A stretch of DNA of 64,000 nt, taken from NCBI RefSeq assembly GCF_006345805.1, contig NC_043010.1, positions 36,084,001 through 36,148,000 of the forward strand, written 5' to 3'. The notes under the pieces were generated by a model, which was not told the origin of the DNA, searched no databases, and saw nothing but the letters and a program-made list of their open reading frames with translations. The DNA comes from Octopus sinensis. Lineage: Eukaryota. Positions 1 to 13,010 of this stretch are shown one piece after another (the first letter of the stretch is position 1; each line of letters opens with the position of its first letter). Made by a program: the position numbers and the translations under genes.

Positions 1-2444
1 ATTGAATAACAATATAGAAACGGACATTTCATGCTCTGATTGACACATTGTACTCTTACTTGGTTAACATCTCAGCATGCCAGAGTGTGAGAGTACAAAC
101 ACAGTATCAGCAGAGACTAGCGTATAGGATATCCATGTCATAAGAACCAATGCACTGTTAATCTACTGATAGTGTCTACACCATGAAGTTCTGCTCAGTT
201 TAAATGGTTCTAACCATAAATATTCCTCAACACTAATAAAGATTTCTAACAAAGGCAAAAGACCACACATATCAACTTTGGTACTTGACTGGTATTTAGA
301 GAGGATGGTATTTGCTGATACCCTCAAGATGAAAGGCAAAGTGGACCTCGGTGGGATTTGAACTCAGAATGTGAAGAGTTAGAATGAAACAATGCATTTT
401 GTCAACTACCTCCTACAGGAAATGGTAATGGTGATAATGGTTTCAAGTTTTGGTATAAGACCAGCAATTCTAAGGGAGGGGGTAAATTGATTACATTGAC
501 CCCAGCACACAACTGGTACTTATTTTATCAACCCTGAAAGGATGAAAAGTAAAGCTGATCTAAGTGGAATTTGAACTCAGAACATGAAGCTGGAAGAAAT
601 GCCACAAAGCATTTTGTCCATTTTGTCCAGCACAGGAATGATTCTACCAGCTCACTGCCTTACTCTAGACACAGTAATAATAATGATAATAATATTGACA
701 AACCTCTTTGTAGTTGATTGACCAGCAAGAAATAGCAGTCAAATCTCCCACTAAATATACCCTACTGTCTTGAAAAAGGATGGAAAAAAAGTAATCCTAG
801 ATAAACTGTCTGGTAATAGATGACATAGTCATGGTTGGAATGTCTGTACTCAGTCTCTACTTGGTTAGATGGAGCTGACTTGAGGCTAAACAATAAGATT
901 GATACTCTTATTTCTTTGTGTCAACTCAACACCTACAAGTAAATGAGGGAATGTATACACGGTCACTATCTGTTAGAAATAGTAGCCAAATCACTTTCTA
1001 TCATCTTATAATAGAAAAAGGAAGGACACATGTGACAATTTAATCTAAGATAAACCATCTCCAAATGATAGATGGAATAATCACAGCTTCAATGCCTTTG
1101 ATCATAGGTCTGCTGGATCAGAGCTGACCTGGAACAAAACCAAATGAGCATATTTTTAGATGGTAGACTTAACCTATCAGTCAGCATGATGTTGCCATCC
1201 GACCTGTAAGTGTGCATTTGGCAGAGTCCATTCTCTTGTAAATATTCAGGCTAAGTTTCCAGTTATCATTATCATCATCATCATTACATGCATTTGTTTC
1301 TCCATGCTATTATGGGTTGGACAAGAGTAGTCCTGAAGCATTATTGTATTGCCTCATGGCCTATTTGAGTGTCTTGGGAAAGGAAAAGGCTAAGAGTCAA
1401 CCTGGTTTGCTGAGCCTACTCTGTCACACTGGTTCAACATGGATTAGCAAAGGGATGAAATTGTCGTCGTCATCATCATCATTTATTTATTTATTTATAC
1501 TCATACCCAGGAGTAGTTAAGTCGATTACATCAACCCTAGTGCGAAACTGGTATTTATTTTATTGACCCCCCAAAAAGATGAAAGGCAAAGTCACCCTCA
1601 GAGGAATTTGAACTCAGGCAATCCAGAAAATCCTTTCACACCCTTTCAGCAACTACAGAGTTAGGTAGGGTTCTCCAGCCTTGTAAGGCAATTCACCGAG
1701 GAGAAGGCCACTCCAATGTAAAACTTACAGCTTACTGGTCACCACAGTCATCTTAGCTCATTGAGCCACTGTGGTCAAACCTCCAAATCTAAAGAGTGGG
1801 ACCAGATTGTACAGAATGCTCCTCACTTTAAAACTACTAAGTGCAAGCAGGAAGAAAAGCCCTGCAATGTCAAGAATCAGTTGACATAGTCACTTGAGGG
1901 CATGGTAATCCTCCTCGTGATCTTCAGATAAAAAAGAAAATGCCACCATCATTTTATGGCCAGATAACTTCCCTGTTTGCCAACCCTTTTGTTTTTCAGG
2001 TAAAGTATGTTTATTCCATTGATCCTTACACACAATTAAACCACCAAGCTACAGAGCAAACTGTCTACAAGAAGAATATTCTTCTACCAGCCTTGGAGGA
2101 CCTGAAAAGTATAAGGGACATCACTCTTCTGCCTCTGACTAAACTATAAAAAAATTTTTTTTTTAATTTAAAAAAAAATGGGGAAAAAAAAGAAAAACAA
2201 AAGAACAAATGAAATATGCACCTTCTCAGAAGAAAGTTCTGGAAATGAAAGGAAATCAGGGCTACAGCCATTTTGTTCTTCTGTCAAATGCTTGGTGCTG
2301 ACTTTTCTCACCTCAGCCTCCATCTTTCAGCTACATCTGTAAAATAAAGGAAAACTGTTTTTTAGATGTAAGTATATTTTGTTATTATTGCTGTTATTTC
2401 TCCTTCCAAAGCCAGCCTCAATCATGAAGAGCTATGATTTTTAT

Positions 2445-2665
2445 TTCTTTATTACCCAAAGAGGGCTAAACATAGAAGGGACTAACAAGGACAAAGGGAT
2501 TAAGTCAATTACATCAACCCCAGTGCGTAACTGGTACTTAATTTATCGACCCCAAAAGGATGAAAGGCAAAGTCGACCTCGTTGGAATTTGAACTCAGAA
2601 CATAACAGCAGACGAAATACCGCTAAGCATTTCGCCTGGCGTGCTAACAATTCTACTAGCTCACC
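2445..2665 (-). mobile_element. SINE-B monomer
   Basis: Reverse complement of head-body-tail. Further copies occur at about 452-665, 14755-14990, 18455-18660, 20350-20505, 21935-22145, 36520-36740, 53060-53305, 56435-56730 and 61860-61978. Confidence 0.85.
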
Positions 2666-3789
2666 ACCCTAAGTTTGACAACATTTTATCTGTGACATCC
2701 TGCTTATTTATATATTTTTTTTTTTTGCAACCATTATGTATCTGGTACTACACTATGCTATCTATTATTGTCTCCATTCATGGCTACTGGCAACTATTGC
2801 TACACAAGCCAATGAGACAATTGTGTAAGTAGACACCACTAAGATGGCCACAATCAGAACACCTTTGATCACAGATCTCATCCAGATATAAGCAACTTTT
2901 TCTAAGAAGCAAGTCACACGAGACATGACTCCTCATCAGGCAGGCCACACCACTAAATAAAAATTGAGGGTAACTTTTTCATAAGGCATGCCATTCAGTT
3001 TGTCCATCACTGGTTGAACCAGTCAGTGTTGACCCAAGGTTTAAAAACAATACTATTCCTACAACAGTTAGCAACTATATAAACAGTTCACCAGCTACCA
3101 CTATACAAATATTTTTTACTTGTTTCGGCCATTAGACTGTGGCCAGACTGGAGTGCTGCCTTGAAGAATCTTTTTCGCTGAATGAATCGAACCCAATACT
3201 TTTTTTTTTTTTCAAGCCTGGTACTTATTCTATTGATATCTCTTGCTGAACTGCTACATTGCAGGGATGTAAACACACCAACATCGGTCGTCAAGTGGTG
3301 GTGAGGGACAAACACAAAGACACACACACACGAGGGGCTTCTTTCAGTTTCTGTCAACCAAATCCTCTTACAAAGCTTTGGTCAGCTCAAGTCTTATAGT
3401 AAAAGGCACTTGCCCAAGGAGCAACAGAGTGGGACAGAACCCACCCAGAAATATATATATGTGTGTGTGTGTGTGTGGAGGAACATGGCTTAGTGGTTAG
3501 AGCAGCAGACTCGTGGTCGAGGGATTGCAGGTTCGAATCTCAGACCATGCGATGAGTGTGTTTATGAGCGAAACACCTAAGCTCCACATGGCTCCGGCAG
3601 AAAGTAATGGTGAACCTCCGCTGACTCTTTCGCCACAACTTTCTCTCACTCTCTCCTCCTGCATCTTGCAGCTCACCTGCAACGGACCAGCGTCCTGTCC
3701 AGGTGGGGAACCTATACGCCAAGGAAACCGGCCCTTATGAGCCAGGCAAGGCTCGAGAAGGAACAAACATATATATATATACATATATG

Positions 3790-4700
3790 CAGTCACTCAA
3801 CATGCTAAAAATAGCAGCCAAATTTCACACAACTCACACAACACTGACTTAAAACCAATGACACATTGGATAATGTAGTTTAAAATCAAATAGACAGGTA
3901 AAAAATATGATGATAACAGTTCGAATGCTTTTGATCTCTAGATCTGCATGTTCAGGGTAAACTTGGGCTAAATAACAACAGCCTCAGAACAACACACTGC
4001 ACAAGAAACAGAGCACACATCACACACGCACACGTGCACACTCGAATAAGGCAACCTCTATGTGGTTGTTTGAGCAACTAGAAATAACAACCAAATTTCC
4101 CAGGAATCACACCCAACTGTCTTTAGAAAATGAGGAATGGAGACAATGAATAATGAATGTTGTCCTAGATACAATATTCATGAAAATAAAAAGGATGATC
4201 ATGTTTGGTACACCACACCACTGATTAAAGGTTTGCTTGATCGGGACTAACCCTGGGCTAAACAACAGCAAAGCATACACTGCAGGACCTAACATTTTCT
4301 GTCCAGGCTGAAAGAGCCTCTTTGAGTAAGCCTGAACTGTTAGAAAGAGCAGCCAAATCTCTCTCTAGACATATATTATTTTGAAGAGGGAAAGAGCATG
4401 TTAAATAATGAAGAACTACACAGTTCTAAAAAATGACAGGATGGTCGTGGATGGAATACCTGTGATCTGCTCAATCAGGACTGAACAGCTAAACAACTGC
4501 TACTACTACAACTACTGTTGTTGCAACTGCTGCTGCTACTACTACTACTACTACTGGACAATGAAGGAATTTCTACTTGGTTTCATGAACCTAAAAATAG
4601 CAGCCAAACGTTAGAGTCTTAAAATAAAAGAAGGACACATTGGGCAATATGTTCTAGATCTGAAAAATGATGAGATGGTCATCCTTGATCTAAGCTAATC
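3790..4700 (+). repeat. Cluster of decayed ~200-bp repeat-C copies
   Basis: Recurrent aaatagcagccaaat...gacacattgg...gatggtcatg...gggctaaacaacaac. Also at about 690-1140, 13935-14520, 18705-19190, 29440-29620, 34980-35400 and 54620-55000. Confidence 0.7.
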
Positions 4701-4722
4701 TAGGGTATTAACTCACTACTAC

Positions 4723-5007
4723 TACTACTACACATCAACTCACTACTACTACTACTACACATCAACTTACTACTACTACTACTACACATCAACTTACTAC
4801 TACTACTACTACACATCAACTTATTACTACTACTACTACACATCAACTTACCACTACTACTACACATCAACTTTCTACTGCTACTACTACTACTCTTCAA
4901 CTTACTACTACTACTACTACTCTTCAACTTACTACTACTACTACTACACTTCAACTTACTACTACTACTACTACACTTCAACTTACTACTACTACTACAC
5001 TTCAACT

Positions 5008-5043
<36 letters not shown>

Positions 5044-5052
5044 ACTTCAACT

Positions 5053-5083
<31 letters not shown>

Positions 5084-5105
5084 GCAGCAGCAGCAGCAGC
5101 TGCTG
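4723..5105. repeat. Compound (CTA)n minisatellite with ~21-27 bp units
   Basis: (cta)n interrupted by cacatcaact, ctcttcaact or cacttcaact spacers. Confidence 0.9.
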
Positions 5106-5568
5106 CTGCTACTGCTTCCTATCTAATATTTTCAACTGTTTATGTATGTTCTGTGTGTTTATCTATGTATGTAGGTCACTGTCTGTGAGAATGCTGTACT
5201 GACTGTATGTGTAACTGCATTCGATGTGTGTGTTTGTGTGATGATGTTGCAGGAACTGCATACATATGAATGGCTGCACTGTGTGTGTGTGTGTATGTGT
5301 GCGTGAGTGAGATTGGACTGTAAGTGCCCAAGAATGATGTTATGTGTGCGTAATTATGTGTCTCATGTGATTATATGCGTATTTTCTGTGTATGACTAGA
5401 CTGTATGGCTATAAAGAATGTGTGTGTGTGTGTGTGAGAGAGGGAGAGATTATATGCTGGTCTTGGGTGTGTGTGTGTGTGTGTGAGCTCATGCGTGCTT
5501 GTGTGTGTGTGTGAGAGAGATTATATGCGTGTCTTGGATGTGTGTGTTTGAGAGATTATATGCTTGTC

Positions 5569-5602
<34 letters not shown>

Positions 5603-6484
5603 TTGTGTGAGTGAAAGAGAGAGAGATTATATACTTGTCTTGTGTGTGTGATTATATGCTGGCCTTAGGTGTGTGTATGCATGTGATTATATGCTGGTCT
5701 TGGATGTAAATGACTGTGGTGTGTGGGTGTGTGTGTGACTACACTGTGTGTGTCCCAGAATGATGTTTAGTTCAAATGTGTGATTAATATACATATCTTG
5801 AGTGTATATCTATGTGTGTGACTAGGCTGTGACTATGTGCCCAAGAATGTCGTAGTGTGTGTGTGAGAGAGACCAAGCTGTGACTGTATGTGTCCAAAAA
5901 TGCTGCTGCTATTGTGTGTGTGTGTGTATACATACAGTGTTACCCATGAGAATCAAAGTGTTACAGCATAAGTATGGCATCATTAGGTATTTATGTGGGT
6001 TACTGTATGCATCACTGCAACTATGTTATGACTGTATCTGTATACACACACACGTGTGTGTGTGTGTGTGTATTTATGTATGGCTACATGGTTCAGTCCC
6101 ACTGTGTGGCACCTTGGGCTGACCAAAGCCTTGTGAGTGATTTGGTAGGCAGAAACTGAAAGAAGCTCATTGTACATACATATATATGCACACACACACA
6201 CACACCACACACACACACACACATATATATCTATGTGTGTGTGTTTTTGTGACTGTTTGCCCCCATCACAGCTTGACAACCGGTGTTGGTACATTTATAT
6301 CCCTGTAAGTTAGCAGTTCGGTAAAAGAGAGCAATGGGATAAGTACTAGGCTTAAGTCCTGGGGTCAATTTGTCTGACTAAAAACCTTCAAGGCCTCTGC
6401 ATGGCCACAGTCATATGACTGAAACAAGTACAAGAATAAAAGAATATCCCCATGTATGTCTATGACTATGTTTGTTATAACCCA

Positions 6485-6538
<54 letters not shown>

Positions 6539-7205
6539 GAGATCCTCATCCTCATCATTTTGCATCCAATTTTCCATGCTTGCAAGGGTGAGACAGAATT
6601 GGTTGAGGCAGAATTTCTATGTCTGGATGTCCTTACTGTTGCCAACCCTCACCAGTTTCCAAGCAAGGTAATACCTCCCCCACAGCCAGACATGTTTCCA
6701 TGGGAAACTGGAAATGAACGACCTTGCTTATATGATAGTGGTGCTCATTTACAACCATCACATAATGTCTAGGCAAGTGTATACACACACACACACACAC
6801 GATAGGCTTCTTTCAGTTTCCATCTACCAAATTCACTACCAGGGCTTTGGCTGGCCTGGGGCTATAATTGTAGATACTTGCATCCAAAGTGCTGTGCAGT
6901 GGAACTGAACCCAAAACCACATGGTTGGGAAACAAGCTTCTTAATAACACAGCCAGGCCTGTGCCTACATACATGGAGACAGACAGACAGACAGATAGCA
7001 TTGGTTGTGTATATGTGATTATAATATATGTGTAATGACTGATGTATATGTGTATTCCATTCCTTTATTTGTATCAGCCACTGTACTATGGCCATGCTAC
7101 AGCAATCAAACTGATCCCAGTATTCTTATCCTTCTCTTTCTGCCAAACAGCCTAGTTATGGGAACATAAACAAACCAGCATTGGGGGGATAAACACAAAG
7201 GCAGG

Positions 7206-7238
<33 letters not shown>

Positions 7239-7441
7239 GAAACAGGACAAGACATACGCGTATACATGTGACAGGCTTTCACACAGTTTCCCTTCTACCA
7301 AATTCACTTATGAGAAATTGCTACGCCCAGGAACAGAGTAGATGAAACATGCTCAAGGTACCACATAGTGGGACTGAACCTGAAACCACATGAATGCAGA
7401 ACAAACATCCACATCACACAGCTAGCAGTAGAAGACATATA

Positions 7442-7660
7442 CGAGCAGGTCCTGAAGAGTTCCTGGTTTTAAGGGTATTGCGGAAAGCCTGGAAGGAGGC
7501 CCATCTTCTGAATTCTTTTACAGGGCTTAGAAAAACAGAAGGACCGCTGCAATAAGTGTGTGAATCTGAGAAGGGGATATGTTGAATAAAATCATAATTA
7601 ACTGATCCTCCTGTATTTTCTTTTACCCAAAGCCAGGAACTTTTCAGCACCCCCTCCCCT
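7442..7660 (+). mobile_element. Internally deleted mariner element (MITE) with transposase C-terminal remnant
   Basis: Degenerate TIRs (cgagcaggtcctgaagagttcctgg / ccaggaacttttcagcacccc), TA at the left end, and GLEKQKDRCNKCVNLRRGYVE* at 7524-7589, which resembles mariner C-termini. Confidence 0.75.
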
Positions 7661-7804
7661 GTGTGTATGTATGTATGCATGCGTGTATAACAGCCTGTGA
7701 CAATATTGTGATTGTAAATGGCAGTATTGGGTGTGTGATTAAACTTGTCACTGAAATAATGATACAACAGCAGATCAGCAGATTATATCTACCCAGCCTC
7801 TCTC

Positions 7805-7806
7805 TC

Positions 7807-7838
<32 letters not shown>

Positions 7839-8125
7839 ATGTGTGTGTGTATACATATATATATATATATTATATATATATACATACATACATATATATA
7901 TATACACATACATACATGTATATACACATACATACATACATACATACATGTATATATACATACATGTATATACACATACACACATACATGTATATACATA
8001 CATGTATATACACATACACGCACACACACATATATATATATATATACATATACACACTGCCACATGGGGCGTATATGTATGAGATTATTTATATATATAT
8101 ATATATATAATATATATATATATAA
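7805..8125. repeat. Compound TA/TG/TACA microsatellite
   Basis: Direct reading. Confidence 0.92.
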
Positions 8126-8236
8126 TGGTGGACTCAGTATGGCCAAATGGTAAAGAGGTTCTCATTAAGCAATCACGAGATCCCAGGGTCAATCCTATAT
8201 GCAGCATCTCAGCCAAGTATCCCTCTCTCTCTTTAT

Positions 8237-8270
<34 letters not shown>

Positions 8271-8275
<5 letters not shown>

Positions 8276-8437
8276 AAATACAGTGTACATTTAAACACAT
8301 TAAGGTGTCCATCATAGGACTACCTTGTGCTAGAAGGAACAGCTAAAGTCCAGTTTGGACTTTAGCTGTTCCTTCTAGCGTAAGGTAATCCTATGATGGA
8401 CATCTCTTAATGTGTTTAAATGTACACTATTTTATAT
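8271..8437. repeat. Palindrome with ~80-bp arms
   Basis: ...ggaacagctaaagtcca GTT tggactttagctgttcc... with a 3-nt loop at 8353-8355. Confidence 0.92.
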
Positions 8438-8983
8438 GAATAATATATAGTCTATTGACTAATTTTTCTATACGCTAGGCCACTGGTAGTAAAAATTTCT
8501 AAAATCTTCATTATATATCTATATATATACTGCCACATGGGGTGTATATGAGATTATATATATGAACACAATATGGCCAAACGGTTAAGAAGTTCTCATT
8601 TAATAATCATGATATCTCAGGATCAATTCCATAGTGCAGCATCTCAGCCAAGTATCTTTTACCACAGTCTCATTTCAACCTAAGCTATGTGATTGAACAA
8701 GTGGGTGGATGGAAACTGTAAAGAAGCCTACTGATAGGTCATACGTGTACTTCAAAGACTCAACCTTGTCATAAACTATGTCATACCAATTATGCCCTAA
8801 AAAATATGACAAAGGTCAATGCATATATCTGTGGAATACCCAGCCATTTCAATAAGCTAGATAATTCAGTTGAATAAATACTTATCTAAATCAGTATTCT
8901 CAACCGGGGTCCATATGCAATAAATTGGTTTTATTTCTTAAGGTGGTTAGCATTAGGAAGGGCATCCAGTCATAAAAAATGTA

Positions 8984-9466
8984 CCGTAAATCCTCGAGTA
9001 TAGTCTGCCCTTAAGTATAATATGCAGGGGATTTTTAGGGGACTGTACCTCTGAAAAACCTAAATCTTCTCTAACTTGAGTCGTGCATAATTAAGCCAGC
9101 AGCACCTATTTGAACAAACACTTTCGTGCATGCGTAATACAATAATTGTGATGTTCTTAACTGTTATATGGGAATATAAATATGTTTGCAAATTGTTTTT
9201 GTTACATGTTATTCTATGTTCTGAATACTTTTATCTTAATAAATGTTGCTTACTGCAAGTTATGATGATTCTTTTATGACTTCATTACTTTCAGGCTTAG
9301 CTTAAGTGATTTTTGCATCTGACATCACAAAATGCACCTGAATAAACATTGCCGGACAGCAAATAGAGCCTCGGACATTGCTTAGAACCTCATATATAGT
9401 ACGCACTAGGGATTTTGACTTTTAAATTTTGAGAAAAAAGTGCAGATTATACTCGAGGATTTACGG
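8984..9466. mobile_element. Tc1/mariner (Tc2-like) MITE
   Basis: Perfect TIR CCGTAAATCCTCGAGTATA / TATACTCGAGGATTTACGG with TA on both sides; interrupts a SINE-D copy. Confidence 0.88.
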
Positions 9467-9914
9467 TATGCCAAAACAGACAGTGAAGTCTGGTGCAGTC
9501 TTCTGGCTTGCCAGCTCCTGTTAAACCAGCCAACCCATGCCAGCATGGAAAACGGACGTTAATTGATGATGATAAATTGATTATATTTTTACAATACACA
9601 AAATATATTAACACTTATTTCATACAATTTCTAATAATATTTATTCTTTTATTTCTTTCAGTCATCTGACTGCAGCCATGCTGGAGCACCGCCCTTAGGC
9701 GAATAAACTGACCCTAGGACTAATTCTTTATAAGCCTCCCTTTTGCTGAACCACTAAGTTATGGGGACATGAACACACCAGCATCGCTTGTCAAGTGATA
9801 GTGGGGGACAAACACAGACGCACAAACATATACATCACTTCCCAAGCGTTAAACTAATACATCTGTTTGTTGTCTACACCACTTGTCTTCGTCTTTAGTT
9901 TTTTTGTGAATTCT

Positions 9915-9949
<35 letters not shown>

Positions 9950-10301
9950 ATCATCATCATTTAGCGTCCGCTTTCCATGCTAGCATGGGTTGGACGGTTC
10001 AACGGGGGCCTGTGAAGCCAGAAGGCTGCATCAGGCCCAGTCTGATCTGGCAGTGTTTCTACGGCTGGATGCCCTTCCTAACGCCAACCACTTCGTGAGT
10101 GTAGTGAGTGCTTTTTACGTGCCACCCATATATATATATATATATATATTTTGTGAAATAGAAAGATGAATAATCTTGTTGCAGATTAATCAAAAGTTTA
10201 ACCGATACCTTGGTAGCAAAAATTACAGCAGAAGACAGCACGGTTGGAGGTACAACCATATGGTGTTGCAACCGTGCGTTGGTGCGGATAATTGAATTTT
10301 A

Positions 10302-10738
10302 ATATTATTAGTGAATTGAAGAAATGGAGTTGAACGAAGATTGAACAGAAATCGTTTTATTGCATTCTACACGTGTTTCGAAAGGCACAATTTACCAAAT
10401 TCCGATTGAATAATGAGACCATATTGTGTCTTTCTCTTCAGGAAGAAATAGGAAATCCGTTGGAAAAAACAAAAACAGAACAGAGGCGGAGCAAAACAAA
10501 TCGAACGAGGCTCCTAAGAGCCCATGGCCAAACTAAGGAGCTTAGGAGCCTCGTTCGATTTGTTTTGCTCCGCCTCTGTTCTGTTTTTGTTTTTTCCAAC
10601 GGATTTCCTATTTCTTCCTGAAGAGAAAGACACAATATGGTCTCATTATTCAATCGGAATTGGTAAATTGTGCCTTTCGAAACACGTTGTAGAATGCAAT
10701 AAAACGATTTCTGTTCAATCTTCGTTCTTCAATTCACT

Positions 10739-10746
<8 letters not shown>
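10302..10746. repeat. Long near-perfect inverted repeat (foldback)
   Basis: Arms 10302-10518 and 10542-10746 with a 23-nt loop; the ORF track shows the same peptide on both strands. Confidence 0.93.
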
Positions 10747-10785
<39 letters not shown>

Positions 10786-11397
10786 CACATATACATATAT
10801 ATATACATACGATGGGCTTCTTTCTGTCTCTGTCTACCAACTGCACACACAAGGCTTTGATCAGCCCAAGGCTATAGTAGAAGGCACTTGCCCAAGGTGT
10901 CACACAGTGGGACTGAACCTGAAACCATGTGGTGGGTAAGCAAGCTACTTACCACACAGCCACTCCTACACCTTTAATTATGAAAATACAATAAGATGTT
11001 TTTTAAACATCCAATGGCTATGGTGGGGGGGGCCACCTGAGTGAAACAGGAAATCAAAAGGGTTTGTAGACAGAAAAATGGTTGGGAACCACTGACCTGA
11101 ATCACTGGAATCCATTAATTATATTTTTTATATATGTTTATTATATGGAAGCATTAGGTGTGTATAAGTGTGTGACTATATATATGAGTGTGATTGATAT
11201 TGTGAACATATATGTATGTAGTCAGCATTAAATGTACATTGTGTGTGTGTGGCTAGATATATTTGAAAGATATTGTGAAAGTGTATGTATGTACAATCCA
11301 CAGTGGGGGTACATAGGAATGTATATGTCAATGTATATATATATATATGGTTCACATGAGAGCATGTACCAGTATGTGAGAGACTATATGTGAACAA

Positions 11398-11990
11398 TAG
11401 GCACAGGAGTGGCTGTGTGGTAAGTAGCTTGCTTACCAACCACATGGTTCTGGGTTCAGTCCCACTGTGAAGCACCTTGGGCAAGTGTCTTCTACTAAAG
11501 CCTTGTGAGTCAATTTGGTAGATGGAAACTGAAAGAAGCCCATTGTGTATGTATGTATATATGTGTGTGTGTGTGTGTATAGTTAATCCAAACATGAAAA
11601 CACAACGCGAGGATGTGGAACAAGTATAGTGTTATTGGACACTCAGGAAAGAAAAGAAAGAAGGAGGATTTAACGTTTCGAGTGGAGCTCTTCGTCAGAA
11701 ACATAGGAAAAGGAAAGATCCAAGGAAGGGAAGACGCCAACGATATACATGCAGTCACATTTTGATATATATATATATCTGTGTGTCTGTGTTTGTCCCC
11801 CCAACATTGCTTGACAACTGATGCTGGTGTGTTTATGCCCTCGTAACTTAGCAGTTTGGCAAAGAGACTGATAGAATAAGTACTGGGCTTACAAAGAATA
11901 AGTCCTGGGGTCAATTTGCTCGACTAAAGGCGGTGCTCCAGCATGGCTGCAATCAAGATGACTGAAACAAATAAAAGAATAAAAGAATAT
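11398..11990 (+). mobile_element. SINE-A with ~155-bp insertion in its microsatellite
   Basis: Head at 11398, tail at about 11990; foreign segment 11588-11742. Confidence 0.8.
11668..11702 (-). ncRNA. Minimal type-I hammerhead ribozyme-like motif
   Basis: Minus strand GUUU-CUGACGA-A-GAGCUCCACUC-GAAA-C-GUU-AAAU: both catalytic boxes intact, short stem II, palindromic AACGUU stem III. Confidence 0.6.
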
Positions 11991-12099
11991 TGCGAACGTG
12001 TATGTATGTATGTATAGTCCACATTCAATGCACATGTGAGTGTGCATATGTGAATTTATGACACAATATTTTTAAATTGTAAATGTATGTGCATTTTGG

Positions 12100-12615
12100 A
12101 TGTATGCATGTATAGTAGTACATGTGTGTCTTCATCTGGCTAGAATCAATGCATGTGTATGTATTGTATGTGTGTATGTGTCATCATATGGCTAGACTTT
12201 GTGTGTGTGTGTGTGCGCGTTGCTGTGTACAGTATGTCTATCAGCATGTGTATATATTTGTGCATAAATGTTTCTGTCTGCTAATATGTGGGTGTGTGTG
12301 TATTACTGTGACTGTGTGTATGTGTGTGTGTGTGTATGTGTGTGTGTGTGTGTGTCTATCAGCAGTGAATGAAAGAGTGTGTGTGAGTGCGTGTGTTTGG
12401 AAATGATTGTATATAAGTGTGTGTGTTGTTCTGTAACTCTGTGAATATGTTTGTATGTGTGTGTGTGTGTGTATGTATTCTGTGCATTTGTGTATTTTTC
12501 TGTGTGTGTATATCTCTATGAGTGTGTGTCCAGCTATCTGTATGATGTGTGCATGCATGTATCTGTGACTGTGTTTATGAATGTTCATCTAGATGTGTGT
12601 GTGTGCATATGTTCG

Positions 12616-12646
<31 letters not shown>

Positions 12647-13010
12647 GTGTGTCTGGCTATGTGTGTTTATGTATGTCTGTCTGTGGGTTTATGCGTGCGT
12701 TTCTATGTGTATGAGTGTCTGTGTGTGTCCGTCATCATGTATGTATATGCCTATCTGTTTGTACCTGCTTTCTGTATGTGTGTATATTTGTTAGTATGTT
12801 TGCATGTACTTGTCTTCCTATATATGTGTGTGTGTTTGCCAATGAATGTGTGACAGTCTGTAAGTGTATGTAATCTGTGTGCATATGTCTGTCTTTCTAC
12901 ATATATATATGTGTGTGTGTGCCAGTCTGTGCGTGTGTCAGTGCACACCTATATGTGTGCATCAATCGATGTGTAGGTGACTCTGTGTGTGTGTAATCTG
13001 TGAGTGTAAG
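12100..13010. repeat. Degenerate (GT)n-rich tract
   Basis: Direct reading. Confidence 0.85.

Larger units (their letters stand above)
8892..11094. mobile_element. hAT-like MITE expanded by nested insertions
   Basis: Ends CAGTATTCTCAACC / GGTTGGGAACCACTG; decayed 8-bp TSD atctaaat/acctgaat; both ends are homologous to 26789-27350 in the opposite orientation. Confidence 0.7.

Noticed and set aside
1940-2149. 69-aa ORF with protein-like composition
   Set aside because: No family recognised, splice signals are ambiguous (CAG|GTAAAG could be donor or acceptor), and the upstream 1650-1800 region resembles a decayed retroelement leader.
3475-3550. tRNA-like sequences (also 49730-49799, 60476-60550 and SINE-A/B heads)
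   Set aside because: They have A/B boxes but no closed acceptor stem and continue into SINE bodies with tails and TSDs, so they are SINE heads and not tRNA genes.
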